Position numbers and translations under genes: made by a program. DNA of 64,000 nucleotides from the human T2T-CHM13v2.0 reference genome, Homo sapiens. The notes below the pieces were generated by a model. The model had not been told where the DNA came from. It searched no databases and saw only the letters and a program-made list of their open reading frames with translations. The stretch is taken from NCBI RefSeq assembly GCF_009914755.1, contig NC_060928.1. One strand, written 5' to 3'. This document shows, one piece after another, positions 28,760 to 44,175 of this stretch (positions are counted from its first letter, which is position 1; each line of letters begins with the position of its first letter).

Positions 28760-29733
28760 CATGGGACAAAAGTGCTCCTCCGGGAGGGCTGTCTAGAATG
28801 GTCATGTTTGGGAAAAACTCAGGAAATATTTTCCCCTGTGATCTCATGCCACAACAATCATTAACACAGAAGACATATATGACCAAATATGTGTGTGGGG
28901 GTTTTTCCCACCACCAAGTATACGGTCACTTCTGCAGCAGACACCAACTTAATGTTCTCTAATTTAATTACAACACTATCTACCTGAATCTAATGTCAGA
29001 TCCCACAGGTTTGGGGCTCAGACCCCAAAACTGCCCTCACCTTCAGATACCAGTTGCAAGTCTGAGCCTCTAGAACTTCTGATCAACTGGCTTCAAGCTG
29101 GGGTTCCCACAATCCTCTCTTTGGATCTCAATAATTTGCTAGGGTGGCTCACGGAACTCAGGGAAACACTTATGTTTACCAGTTTATTATAAAGGATATT
29201 GCAAAGGAGGCAGATGAAGAAATGCATAGCGTGAAGTATTGGGGAAGGGGCGCGGAACTGCCATGCCTTTTCTTGGTGTACCACCCTCCATGAACCTACA
29301 CATGTTCGGCTCTCTGGAAGCTCTCTAACTCTGCCCTTTTGGGTTTTTATGGCAACTTCATTGTGTAGGCATGATTGACAACCATGCAGAAATGTGACTG
29401 GACAAAAAGCATATGATTTAAACTCAGCAAGGCCTGTCTGTTCAGATTCTTCTTGGCCTCTCTCTGTAGCACTCCTTCCTCCAGAGTATGGGGCAGGACT
29501 CTCTCTGAAGTGAGGATCTTTTAGCCCACAGTCAGATTAGAGTCCTGCCATAGGCAAGTAAAAGGAGGACAGGAGAAGGTGAGAGGGAGAAATTCTGTTT
29601 CCTGAGAGCTGGTCCTGAGGCCTAAAGTGCCCCAACATTATAACAAAGGACTGTAACAAGGGCAATGGGAGGTATAAGCCAGGAACTGCGAATTAAAAAA
29701 AAAAAAAATATATATATATATATATAAATCACA
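28760..29733 (-). mobile_element. MER21 (MER21A-like) solo LTR
   Basis: GTCAGATCCCACAGGTT, GGAACTCAGGGAAACAC and AACATTATAACAAAGGACTGTAACAAGGGC motifs; ends ATATAAATCACA. Confidence 0.8.
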
Positions 29734-29964
29734 GGTTGCCACGTCTCTTTGCTGGCCAAGAGAGCCCACTGCTGTGTGGGTCCTTGGCTTCTTTCTTCAG
29801 GACTTGGTGAAAAAGCTAGCCTTTAAAGATATTGTGCTGCTTCTGAAAACCTATGCAGACTCTGCAGGAGAGGGCCTTATTCTTGAAAGCTTTCTGATTA
29901 AGATTTGATTTTAGTATTACCTCATCTTTCATGTCCTGCTTGATCCTCTGCTTCATTCCAAACT

Positions 29965-30780
29965 TGGCCTTTAGAGTCAGAAAGACCTGGATTCAGATGC
30001 CAGTTCTGCCTCTTATAACTGTATCAACTTAGACATGTGTCTCAACCTCTTGATGCCTTGCTTTCAACTTCCACAATGATGGGAATAATGATATCTACCT
30101 TATAGGAATTTCATGAAGATTAAATGATATACTGTACATAAAATGATTAACACAGAGTAGATGCTTCATATTTGTTATTCATTCAATAATAACTATGTGT
30201 CAGAAACATACTTCAGGAGAAGGCTAAACATTGATGTATTAACAAGAGTTAGTCAATAAAGGTGGATGGAAGGGCCCTGGGATTAGGGAGAAGATTATTA
30301 TTCCAAACAGAGGGAACAGCATGTGCAAAATGATAGAGTAACAGTGAGCATGTTGTGTTCTAGAAATAGAAAGAGGATTAAGATGACTGGACCAAGAAAT
30401 GTAAGATGGGGAATGGCCAGGGATGAAGCTGGAGACCATGCAGGAATTTATAGGCCAAGTTAAGCTACTCTAATTTCATATTAAAAGTAATGGGGTCACC
30501 ATTATTATGCCTATTCTTCAAATGGAGAAATGGGCTCAATGAAGGTAAATATTTTCCTGGTGCCAAACAACTTGTGAATGACATAGCGTTGAAGGGTTTT
30601 AAATAAAAAGTGACATAATCCAATTATACTTTAGGAATATCATTAGGACAACAGAATGGAGTATATGTGAGGCTGGGAGGCAAGGAAGCTGCTGAAGCAA
30701 CATACAAGAAAGAAAATGAGATTGAGAGCCTTAGGAATTAGCATGGCAGGACTTGGTGAATATGGGGAAATGGTGGGAGT
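29965..30780. mobile_element. MIR (+, about 29965-30180) and L2 (-, about 30220-30780) fragments
   Basis: GAGTCAGAAAGACCTGGATTC (MIR); ATTCCAAACAGAGGGAACAGCATGTGCAAA (antisense L2). Confidence 0.65.
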
Positions 30781-31435
30781 CAGGAAAATCAAAAATGCTC
30801 CTTCTTCCCTACGGAGTTTGGCAGTCCTGGTGCCTTCATTGGCGACATGACCATCAATGTCCCAGGCTTCAGGGACATGGCATGTGGACTGATAGATTTA
30901 AAGCAAAAGCAGGAGGTGAGAAGGACAAGGTGAGGAGAGGGAAAGATGAAGCCATAGCCATGCTATGCTGAGTCAAGCAAGTGGTGGAAGAGAAGAGAGC
31001 AATAAAGTGAAATCTCAACATGTGCAACAATCTTCCCTTGCTGATTGGGGGATGGATAAGCTATTTACAAGGTATCTATGTATTTTTTTCTTTTTTTTTT
31101 TTTAAACTATAAAGTAGTGGTAAAGACCTATCCAGGCCATAAAAGAGGCTAAAGAGAAATCATTTAGTCTTGTTGCTCTGAATCTATGACTTGGGAGGTT
31201 ATATTTTTGTTTGTATCTGATCTTGGCCAGGTCCCTTTCTTTCATTGTTCTCACTTTTCTTATCCCTGTAATAAGGCTACATCATCTAAGTCTGTTTTGA
31301 GTGCCTATTGTATATCATACATTTTATGTGCATTGTCTCATTCATTCCACAACAACCTTGCAAGGAAGTTATCTCAATTTTACAAATTAGGAAACTGAAA
31401 TATAGAAAGGTTAGATGGTTTTAATATTTATAATC

Positions 31436-31725
31436 TTTTTTTTTTGAGATGGAGTCTCACTCTGTCTCCCAGACTAGAGTGCAGTGGCACAGTCTTGGTA
31501 CACTGCAACCTCCGCCTCATGGTTTCAAGCAATTCTCCTGCCTCAGCCTCCTGAGTGGCTGAGATTACAGGCGTGTGCCACCACGCCCAGCTAATTTTTG
31601 TATTTTTAGTAGAGACGGGGTTTCACCATGTTGGCAAAGCTAGTCTCAAACTCCTGACCTCAGGTGATCTCCCTGCCTCAGCCTCCCAAAGTGCTGGATT
31701 ACAGGTGTGAGCCACTGCGCCCAGC
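31436..31725 (-). mobile_element. AluSx-like
   Basis: Full Alu; TSD AAT(A/G)TTTATAAT. Confidence 0.93.
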
Positions 31726-31759
31726 AAATGTTTATAATTATATCAGAAGAAGATTTGTT

Positions 31760-32100
31760 ATTGTATTGGGGCTGGAGAAAACATTTCTATGCAAAATTAG
31801 AGCTTGTGAGCTTTTAGGGAAATAATTACAGATTACTCTCTATAAAAAATTTAAATTTCTATAGGTTGAAAGACACTTAAAGACAGTTAAAAGGCAGGTG
31901 GCAGGCTGAAAGAAACTATCTGCCTGGTGTATAACAATATACAGAATATATAAAGAGAACTCACAAATCAATAAGAAAAATTGCAATGACCTAAGAGGAA
32001 AAAGTGAGCAAAAACTATGAACAGATATTTCATAGAAATGGAAGTCTAAATAATAAAAAAAAACATAAAAAGATGTTCAACATCGCTAGTAGTCAGGAGA
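31760..32100 (+). mobile_element. Ancient L1M ORF2 fragment
   Basis: CAGAATATATAAAGAGAACTCACAAATCAATAAGAAAAA...AAAAGATGTTCAACATCGCTAGTAGTCAGG. Confidence 0.65.
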
Positions 32101-33487
32101 AATGTTTATCTTTAATATTTTTCCAAAATATTGAAACATTTAAATTTAGTTAATCAAATTTCTTGTTTCCAAGAACTGTAATTGATTCTTTCTCACAGCA
32201 ATCTCTTCTGTTTTAATGAGTGTGATATTCTCTTGGGATAATAAATTATATACTTTAAAAATTATCTTTCATTTCCTGTATTAATCCTATTTTCTCAGAG
32301 GTTAATTCAGTGAAATAAAATGATACCACACAATGAAATAATTTGGTTTTATTTCAATGTTTGGTAGTTTTCTATTGTTTGTAACTACTTGTAAAAGAGG
32401 CCTAGATTGGCTGATGTGTCTCTGAAGACACTTGATCTCCTGTCAGTGAATATGACTTCCCGTCACAGGATCCAGCAATGGTGATTGAAGGAAGGGGAGG
32501 GCCAGGAGTACTGAGTGCGGCCAAATGAGCTCTGTTCTTCAGGGCATCTGGAACCTGGTTTTCTGCATGTGGGAGCTCCCTGTCCCTCAAGCTAGTTGTC
32601 AGTTATAGGGGTTATTGCTTAAACTCTGTAGTCTCAGAGCTCACACTGGGAGTCTTACTTAATAGAATATTAATTTTATTTGGCTATTTGAAAGTGGATT
32701 CATGGCTTTACCCCAGGGCTGAGGCCAAGTCAGCAGTTCTGAGAGTTGCAAGCTGATGCAGTTATTCCCTAGACCCTTCATTACATGCTGGCTGCCTCTT
32801 AGACTCAGTTTCCTGCTATCCCCAGCTACTTTGAATCAGAGTTTAGTCCTATTCTTCAGTAGGAAAGTTTATAGGGTTTCTTCTAGCTGGATTAAATCTT
32901 CTAGAAATTCCATACTCTTCCAGTCTATTGGTACCTTTCATGTTATGGATTTATTTGTATTGCCATATTTCTTTCATCATGTTGTTATGATTTTGGGAGG
33001 GAAGAGAGGTGAGTGAGGAGTTTAGTTAGCCATCTTAAACAAATCCACATAATTATTTGAGTTCGTTTGTGGTAAGTGCTTTGAAGGATAAATACAATAT
33101 AGTGTGAAAGGGTATACTGGAGGTACCTGCCCTAATTTGGAGGAGTTTAGGGAAAAGCCTTCCCTGGAGATATATTTTAAGTTAGACTTTTACTCAGAAG
33201 CAGGAAAATAGGCTAGACACCCTTTAGAGATTTCATTCATATTTATGATTCATTGGTTTCCCAAATTTGTGTTCATTTTTTAAAAGAATTTTTTTAAAGT
33301 GAAGTAGAAATGGAGGAAAAGAATACATTTCCTTTCAAAACAGGGATACTTAAAAACGTGAAATTGCAATGGCCTGAGCTCAGCATTTCAGCTAGCTCCT
33401 CTGTCATCACCTCATTGGATTTGCTCTACCCAACCTAAATGAGCTCCTCAAAGGGTTAGAGCTTTTACTGGAGACTGGAAGACTTTT

Positions 33488-33817
33488 CCTTTCTTTCTTT
33501 TTTTTTTTTTTTTTTTTTTTGAGATGTCTCATTTTGTCACCCAGGCTAGAGTACAGTGGTGCAATTATGAATCATTGCTCACTGTAGCCTCGACCTCCTG
33601 GGCCCAAGTGATCAAGTGATCTTCCTACCTTAGCCTCCCGAGTAGCTGGGACTACAGGCATGTGCCATCATGTCTGCCTAATTTTTAAATTATTTTTTGT
33701 AGAGACAGGGTCTCTCTATGTTGCCCAGGCTGGTCTTGAACTCCTGGACTCAAGCCATCCTCCCACCTCCGCCTCCCAAAATGCTATGATTGTGGGCACG
33801 AGCTGTTGCGCCAGGCC
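33488..33817 (-). mobile_element. AluJ
   Basis: GCCTCGACCTCCTGGG and CCTGGACTCAAGCCATCCTCCC AluJ motifs; TSD CTGGAAGACTTTTC. Confidence 0.92.
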
Positions 33818-34494
33818 CTGGAAGACTTTTCAAGGGATTAACTTTCCTTGGGGAAGAAAAGCTAATTTCTTGATTTGGCAATACTTATCTCTCTTCTTTA
33901 ACTCTAATTTCATGGAGGAAAAAAAGCTGCTACAGAAATTAATAGAATACAAAAAGCTAAATTGATCTTTCCTATAGAATTTAGAGTAAGTTGAATTTAT
34001 ATTACTTTTTTGGTTATAATTAGTAATTATTTTACTATCTTGATTATACCTTGACCATCAGCATTAGGATCAGAACTATTATTACTCATATAATCTTGTT
34101 AATAGGATAAACTAATGGCTCGATATAATGGGATTAAAGAAGAGATTCTTCTTGTCATACTTAAGTGTGTTTCGGGAACTTGTATTAAGAGGTTCTCTAG
34201 AATACAAAAACTTGAATGAATGTTCTGATAGTTTCCAAGTTAAGATCACCATAACAGTCATTTAATGTATACCTCCCTTACCTAGTGAAGAATCCCCAAG
34301 TATGAACATAAAATTTCATAAAATCTACTTAAAATGCATTGGAAGCATAGATTTGGTTATTCTATGGATCAAATTCTACCTCCTGTGTACATAGCAATGT
34401 TCACCACAGTATTAAAATTATAGTCATTTGTCGTATAATTAGCCATAAATTAACTGGTATTACCAATACTTCAGTTGAAAAGTGTGTTATTTTA

Positions 34495-34814
<320 letters not shown>

Positions 34815-35532
34815 CTAAAAGAACAATTGGGAAGAAAATTTTGTTTTAAGAGTTTGTTATTTTAGAGTAACAATAGAAGGAATGTATTAGCTACTTGCTA
34901 TTTCTCTTACTCTCTATGTCCGAGAAAAATTACATTCCCAAGAAGCAATATACCTGGATTTTGCAATCTCAACTCCCCCACAGAAATTGCTTCTTAGAGA
35001 TATGACTTAGTAAGTTGCCCTCTCAATCTTTATGGAAGTTCACTCTTTGAAGGTCTTTTTACCCAAGACAAAGGTAAAATTCTCTTTGTATTCTAACATC
35101 TCTTAGGGAAAGATTTCTTTTGGTATTTAATTAAAGAAATTTCTCTCTCTAATATACTTTCTTTTTAGCATATGAAAATTTATTGCTACCATTTTTGCAT
35201 CATCAAACCTTATGATTTTGGCCTTTCCTTCTTGTTTTTGCATCAGGCCAAGAGAAGCATCAGCTACTTTGACAACCTTAAAGCGAAATCCGGGAATGTC
35301 ACCAACAGCATGACTTTTGCAACCAAATCTAGCAACCAGAACTTTATCATTTTCCTCGGTAAAGTTTAAGCAACTGTCATTGCGTATGAGAGCTGTGATT
35401 TTATTGCATTTCTTGGTTAGCTGGACCCTGATACACTTCTTGCTGGCAGCATCTGGCTATTTGGGTTTAACCTCTACTTTTTCTAGCACAATTCCCTTTG
35501 CATGTGAAGTGCCTTCAAAGGGGTTTGCCTTA

Positions 35533-35878
<346 letters not shown>

Positions 35879-35954
35879 TTAAACTGTTTATTATGCCTCT
35901 TCTGGTCGCATTGGTGGCTCGAGAGCTTCCTGGCAGTGTAAAGACTGCAACACA

Positions 35955-36307
<353 letters not shown>

Positions 36308-36455
36308 CTAATATACCTTTATTAAAAATTGTGGTAAAATACACATAACATTTATCATTTTAACCATTTTTACATGTACAGTACCGTAGTGTTAAGTATA
36401 TTCACGTTGTTGCACAGAACTTTTCATCGTACAAAACAGAAATTCTATTACCTAT

Positions 36456-37020
36456 TGTGATGCTTAATTTTATATGTTAACTTGGCTGGGCCACAGTCCC
36501 CAGATATTTGGTCAAACATTATTCTAAATGTTTCTGTGAGGGTGTTTTTGGATGAGATTTACATTTATAAATACACTGCCATGGGATTTTTAAATTTTAA
36601 AAAAGAGATTTACATATTTAAATTAATGGACTTTGAGAAGAGCAGACTGCCCTCCATAATGTGAGTGGGCCTTATCTAATCAGCCAAAGGTCTGAAAAGA
36701 ACAAGACTGCCTCCCTCAAACAATAGGGGATTCTGCCAGCAGACAGCCTTGTACTGCAACATGGGCTCTTCTCTGGGTCTCCGGCCTGGTGGCCTTTGAA
36801 CTCAAATTGCAACATTGGCCCTTGCCTGAGTTTCCAACCTGCCAACCTACCCTGCACATTTTGGACTTGCCACTCTTCATAATCACCTGAGCCAGTTCCT
36901 TAAAATAAACTTTCTTTGTGTGTATGTGTGTGTGTGCACGCATGTGTGTGTGTGTGTGTGTGTGCATACATATATTCACATCCTATTGGTTCTGTTTCCC
37001 TGGAGAACCCTGATTTACAC
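36456..37020 (+). mobile_element. MLT2 (B/C/D-like) ERVL solo LTR with internal (TG)n
   Basis: TGTGATGCTTAATTTTATATGTTAACTTGGCTGGGCC...CCTATTGGTTCTGTTTCCCTGGAGAACCCTG. Confidence 0.85.
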
Positions 37021-37029
37021 AACCATTAA

Positions 37030-37703
<674 letters not shown>

Positions 37704-38702
37704 TCTACATTCTGTTTCTATGAGTTTTACTACTTTAGATACTTCATTCATATAAGTGAAATCATATTGTACTTGTCTTTTTGTTACTGGCTCATTTCAC
37801 TTAAGGTAATATTCTCAAGGTTTCTCCACGTCGTAGCATGTGTCAGAATTTGCTTTCTTTGTAAGGCTAAATAATATTCCATTGTATGTATATACCACTT
37901 TGTATTTATCCATCCATTCATTAAAGGACACAAATTGCTTCCACTTTTTGGCTGTTGTGAACAACACTGCTATAAATACGCATGTACAAGTATCTCTTCA
38001 AGACCTTGTTTTCCATTTTTTAACTCTATACCTAGAAGTGGAATTGCTGGGTCATATACTAATTCTATTTTTAATTTTTTAAAAAGCTGCCATACTGTTT
38101 TCCACATGGCTGCACCATTTTCCATTTCTACCAAGTGTATGTGGGTTTCAGTTTCTTCACATTCTCACCAACACTTGTTATTTTCTGTTTTTTTTTTTTT
38201 AATTTTACAGTTGCCATCCTAATGGGTGTGAAGTGATACCTCTTTGTGCTTTTGATTTACAGTTTTGTAATGATTACTTATATTGTGCATTTTTTCACAC
38301 GCTTGTTGCCCATTTCTATATCATCTTTGGAGAAATGTCTATTCAAGTTATTTGCCCATTTTTACTTCAGGTTGTTTCAGTTTTTTTTGTTGTTGAGTTG
38401 TATTTCATTATATATTCTGGATATTAACCCCTTCTCAGATACATGAGTTCATATATCTTCTCTAATTTTGTAGGTTGACTTTTCACTCTGTTAATTGTGT
38501 CATTTGATGTGCACAAAGTTTTAATTTCGATGTAGTCCAGTTTATTTTTCCTTTTGTTGCCTATGTTTTGGTGTCATATCCAAGAAATCATTGCCAAATC
38601 CAATGCCATGAAGGTTTCTCCCTACTAAGAGTTGTATAGTTTTAGGTTTTATGTTTATGTCTTTGACTGATTGAGTTAATTTTTTATACGGCATAAAGTA
38701 AG

Positions 38703-39102
38703 TGTTATAGACTAAATTGTGCACCCTCTTCAGTTCATATGTTGAAGCTCTAACCTACAATGTGACTACATTTGGAGATAAAGCCCTTAAGGGGACAATT
38801 AAGGTTAAATGAGGTCATAAGAGTGAGGCCCTGATCTAATAGCACTGGTATCCTTATAAGAAGAGGAGGAGACACCAGAGATCTTGCTCCCTCTCAATGT
38901 GCATGCAGAGGAAAGGCCACGTAAGGACTCAGTGAAAAAGTGGTCATATTCAAGCCAGAAAGAGAGGCCTTCCCAGAAATTAACTCTGCTGCCACCTTGA
39001 TCTTGGACCTACAACATCTAGAACTATGAGAAAATAAATCTCTATTGTTTAAGACACTCAGTCTGTGGTATTTTGTTATGGCAGCCCAAGTAGCCTAATA
39101 CA
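38703..39102 (+). mobile_element. MLT1A-like solo LTR
   Basis: TGTTATAGACTAAATTGTG...GGTATTTTGTTATGGCAGCCCAAG...TAATACA; TSD GTAAG. Confidence 0.9.
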
Positions 39103-39798
39103 GTAAGTGTCCACTTTCATTATTCTGCATGTGTATATCTGGTTTCCTCAACATCATTTTTTGAGAAAAGACTGTCCTTTTGCCATTGAATAGTCTTGGC
39201 ACCCTTGTTGAAAATCATTTGACCACACGTGTGAAGGTTTATTTCTGTACTGTATTATATTTCATTGGTCTGTATGCCTATCTTTATGCCAGTCCTACAC
39301 TGTTTTGATTACTGTAACTTTATAATATGTTTTGAAATCAGGAAGTATGAGCCCTCCAACTATGCTCTTATTCAAAATTGTTTCATCTATTCAGGGTCTT
39401 TGGGAGTCTATATGAATTTCAGAATGAATTTTTCTATTTCTGCAAAAAAAGCTGTTAGGATTTTGATAGGAATTGCATTAACTCTGTAGATTGCTTTGGG
39501 TAGTATGGACAGCTTTACAATATTAAGTCTTCTAATTCATGAACATGGGATGTCTTTTAATTTATGTTTTCTTTCAGAAACTTTCTGTAGTTTTCAGTGT
39601 ATAAGTCTTTTGCCTCCTCAGTTAAGACTATTGTAAGTGGCATTATTTTCTTAATTTCCTTGTGGATTTTTCATTGTTAAGTGTACAGAAACACAACTGA
39701 TATTTGTATGTTGATTTAGTATCCTTCAACTTTGCTGAATTCATTTATTAGTTCTAACAGTGTTTGTGTGCGTGTGTGTGTGTGTGTGTAATCTTTAG

Positions 39799-40105
<307 letters not shown>

Positions 40106-40926
40106 TTCTTTAGGGCTTTCTACACATGAGACCATGCCATCTGTGAACAGAGATAATTTTTACTTCTTTACCAATTTGGATGCCTTTTCTTTCTTTTTCT
40201 TGCCTGATTGCTTCAGCTGGGACTTCCAGGATTATGTTGAATAGAAGTGGCAAAAGTGGGCATCCTTGTCTTGTTCCTGACCTTAGAGGAAAAGCTTTCA
40301 GTCTTTCATCATTGATTATGATTTAGCTGTGGGCTTTTCATATATGATTTTTAAGAGATTCTTCAGAAAGTTATCTTTCTTTAAAAAATGATCAGCTTAA
40401 TAAAGTTGGAAAATTAAAGAAAATAATAAAATATGTTTTAACTTAATCATTCCACAGGGTGGTTCCTGCTTCTTAGAAAGTTAAGGTATGCTATAAGGAG
40501 TCTCATTTCTAGATATTTTAAGATTAAGAGTAATAATACACCAAATGTGCTGGTTTATTATTTTCTGGTAATGATCTTTTTCTTGAGTTGGGTGTTGATT
40601 ATTTGGATATCAAGTTGCTTACTTTGTGAAACTCATCTAAGCTGTACCTTTAAGATTCATGAACCTTCTAATATTTATGTTATACTTCAAAAATATGCTA
40701 ACAAACTTATTTTGATACAAGGACAAAAAAGATTTATGCATTTTATTAATGATTATTGTCAAAACTGAAAATGATATTTCCAACAATAATAATCCTGCAG
40801 GAACCCAAAATAATCTTCCACAGGTAGAGCCCATCCTCGAAAATATGTTGTTAAGACTTGGTATAGACATAATTTAGCCTGAATCTACATGATATCAAAG
40901 CAATTATTTAGAAGTAAAAATTCTGT

Positions 40927-41210
40927 GGCCGGGAGCAGTGGCTCATGCCTATCATCCCAGGACCTGGGGAGGCTGAGGCAGAAAGATTGCTTGAGCCCAG
41001 GAGTTCAAGACCAGACAGGGTCAAAAGTGAGACTTTGTCTTTACAATATATAAACAATGTTAAAAATAAGCCAAGTGTGGTGGCATATGCTATTCATGAG
41101 GCTAAGGTGGGAGCCCAGGAGTTGGAGGCAGCAGTGAGTTATGATCGTGCTACTGCACTCCAGCCTGGGCAACAAAGCAAGACTCCATCTCTTAAAAAGA
41201 AAAACAAAAG
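40927..41210 (+). mobile_element. AluJ with internal deletion
   Basis: GATTGCTTGAGCCCAGGAGTTCAAG; TSD AAAAATTCTGT. Confidence 0.88.
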
Positions 41211-41409
41211 TGAAAAATTCTGTCAAGAAGTTACTTTGCCCTGAAGTGCTAAATGACTAGAGTTGCCAGTTCTGTAGTTTATAATTTGTATACAAGCAAT
41301 CTTATTCAAGTTTTTTTCTCATAAAATGTGTACAGATCATTATAAATGTCACCAAATCATTTTGAGTGGTAAGCATTTTTAAATTCTGAGGGAATTCATA
41401 ATATAAAGC

Positions 41410-41700
41410 AGCCAGTACAAACTGGCAGGCCAAATCAGGCCTGCAGACATATTCAATTTGGCCTATACATTTGTTGGCCCACACAGTGTTTTTTGTTTCT
41501 GTTTTTTTTTTTTTGTTTTTTAATTCTCGTTGTCAACTTATTAAATAGAGCGGTTTCATGCAAAAATCATGATTCCTAACTTTTTTGGAAAAATTTGCTG
41601 ACCTGGCAAGACTGAGCCTCCATTCCCACATGGCAACAGTTGGCTGGAGCTGGGGAGCAGCTGCTGGTGCTATCCAGTTCTCCTCAGTCCCCACCCCACT
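41410..41700 (+). mobile_element. MER102-like hAT DNA transposon fossil
   Basis: GGCCAAATCAGGCCTGCAGAC...CATTCCCACATGGCAACAGTTGGCTGGAGCTG. Confidence 0.65.
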
Positions 41701-42202
41701 CTGAGACTGGAGTGCTTGTGAACACCGAGGCAGTGGACCTCCCCGTCTCTCCAGGAACCTCTTCTAACTGCCCATAGTGGCCAGCAGAAGGCAGGGCTCA
41801 GGGTGGGCTCTTTGTAGGTGCTCAATTGTTCCCTGATTCTGATTCTTCAGACTTCTTCGCTTTCTTCCTTGGTTGAAAAGGAGATGGTAAGACTATGGCC
41901 TTCAATAAATGAAATGCCACAAAAGGAAAATGATTTCGACAATTCAGAGAGAAGGGAATGCCTTAAAAGAAAATATTACACAAATATAATTTTTTACTAT
42001 GTAATTTAGCTTTGAATTCTTTCTCTTATGTGAGGAAAACTGAAGAAAACAGCACCCAAGAAATAAGCCCTCTGTTTAATACAAGAAGGAAGCAGGGGGA
42101 AAAAGGTTAGTCAGCTGTATTACAGTGGTCGAATTCTTGAGTTAACATAAATAGAAATAGATACAGAAAATGAGGACCATATGGTGGGCTAGGCCACAGC
42201 CA

Positions 42203-42204
<2 letters not shown>

Positions 42205-42249
<45 letters not shown>

Positions 42250-42253
42250 CGCA
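42205..42253. repeat. (GT)n microsatellite ending in GCGCGCACGCAC (Z-DNA prone)
   Basis: About 19 GT units; continuous purine-pyrimidine alternation. Confidence 0.95.
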
Positions 42254-42960
42254 CCCGGCCACCCGCTGAGAAAACTATTCAACTTAAAGTATCCCAAGAT
42301 AGTAACTCCCCCTTTTTAATTACTGAAGCAAAGTATAATAGTCAATCCTTATTAAAGTTGGATTTCAATATTTCTACCATTCCTATTAAAAATAATGCTC
42401 ATTTAAAAGGTGTAAGAAATACAGAAATTACCAAGAAGAAAGGGAAAATACACCCAAGGCCCACTACCTAATACAAACTATTCTTAAAATTTGTTGCACA
42501 CCATTCCAGAAACCTCTGCATATAAACCTCTCTACTTAGAGGTGTTTCTGATCAGCTTAGAAGGGTCTCCAGGGATGGTGGAGGATAGCAGCCTGAACTG
42601 AATTGGAATCAGTTCTCCACTCTCCTAGAACAGTTTTTGATCCTTTTTATTCTTTGAACTATGTGTCTGTTTGTAAGTGAGCTTTGACTCACCAGAGTTG
42701 GAGAACCCAAGAGACGTTGGAGAGAGGTGGAAGAGATAATGTATACTCATTGAAAAAATCAGCAAGAAATGAGGAGAAGAGAAGGAAAGGAACAGCATCC
42801 ACAAAAGCCATCCAAGAGGGAGAAAAAAGAGCAAAGTATGATCCACCAGCGGGGATTCTGTGATGCAGACAGGGCTGACTTACTATCGGGCACAGTGCTG
42901 AGGGGCTAGAAAAGTGTTTTAATTTCTTTAACATCAGAAGAAAAATAAATGAGCCTTTAG

Positions 42961-43272
<312 letters not shown>

Positions 43273-44104
43273 AAGAAAAAGTTTCGATATATGATATTAG
43301 TGTGTTTATCATTATACCAACACAGTCATAAGATAATGTTTAATATATTTTTATGAGGAAGGGGTCCATGAAGGCAAAAGTGTCTAGGGCCCATAGAAGT
43401 CACAAAATGCACCCCTGGGTACACTCTCATGTCCCAAATGATTTAAATTTATTAAACATGTATGTGCTATGCAGTTTTTTGCCACCTGTGATATTCTTAT
43501 TCTCATTTTACAAATGAAGACTCTGACGCCTGGAAGGCAGTGAAGAGAAAGAAAGTGATAGAGTTGGGGGCTACTCTCAGGTGTCCTGATCTTCATTTCA
43601 GTGCTCTTTGTGCAAAGGGTGCCACAGGAGGTGGCAGATATGGGGCAGGGACAAATATGGAAAGAATAGAATCAAAATTTAAAGTATGGAAGGATTTATA
43701 ACTGGCCAAGTGTTTCCCCAGCCACCACATTTTCTTCCTGAGATGACACTTAGTTGTCAAAATGTATACTTTTAGGTAGCCCAAGAAGGTATAAGGGAAA
43801 GTGAGGGGATGGTGCTGCTGCCCAAGACAGACTCATCAGGGTGGTTATTATTAGTGCTTCACTTTCCTTTGTGATCATGTTCTATAAACATGAATAAGAC
43901 ATGACAGAAACAAAGTTTAAGCCCTTGGCATAAAGTTAAAGCCTTTTAAAGACATTTAGTAAGATTGCCAGTTGCTGAGTTGTTACTGTGTTTAAAGGAA
44001 GGCTGCATTAAAATTCAGTGGTGAGTTAAGGTTCTTAACTGATACATATGTGCTTTCTAAAAAACCCAGTTTCTCTCAGAAAGATTGTTTTTGTCTTTCA
44101 TAAA

Positions 44105-44175
44105 ATATATATATATATACACACACATATGTATATATATGTGTGTGTATATATATGTATATGTGTGTGTATATG
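44105..44175. repeat. (TA)/(CA)/(TG) low-complexity tract containing an inverted repeat
   Basis: 44111-44130 is the reverse complement of 44137-44156. Confidence 0.9.

Noticed and set aside
35221-35365. Plus-strand exon-like segment (pyrimidine tract-CAG ... G|GTAAAG) and 65-aa ORF
   Set aside because: It is the antisense strand of the RPS23 pseudogene 3' end.
42689-42934. Minus-strand peptide FLADFFNEYTLSLP resembling RGS22/RGSL1 N-termini, upstream of a G|GTGAGT donor-like site
   Set aside because: Only a short gapped match, flanks do not align, no clear acceptor and no further exons found; treated as chance unless tBLASTn or conservation says otherwise.
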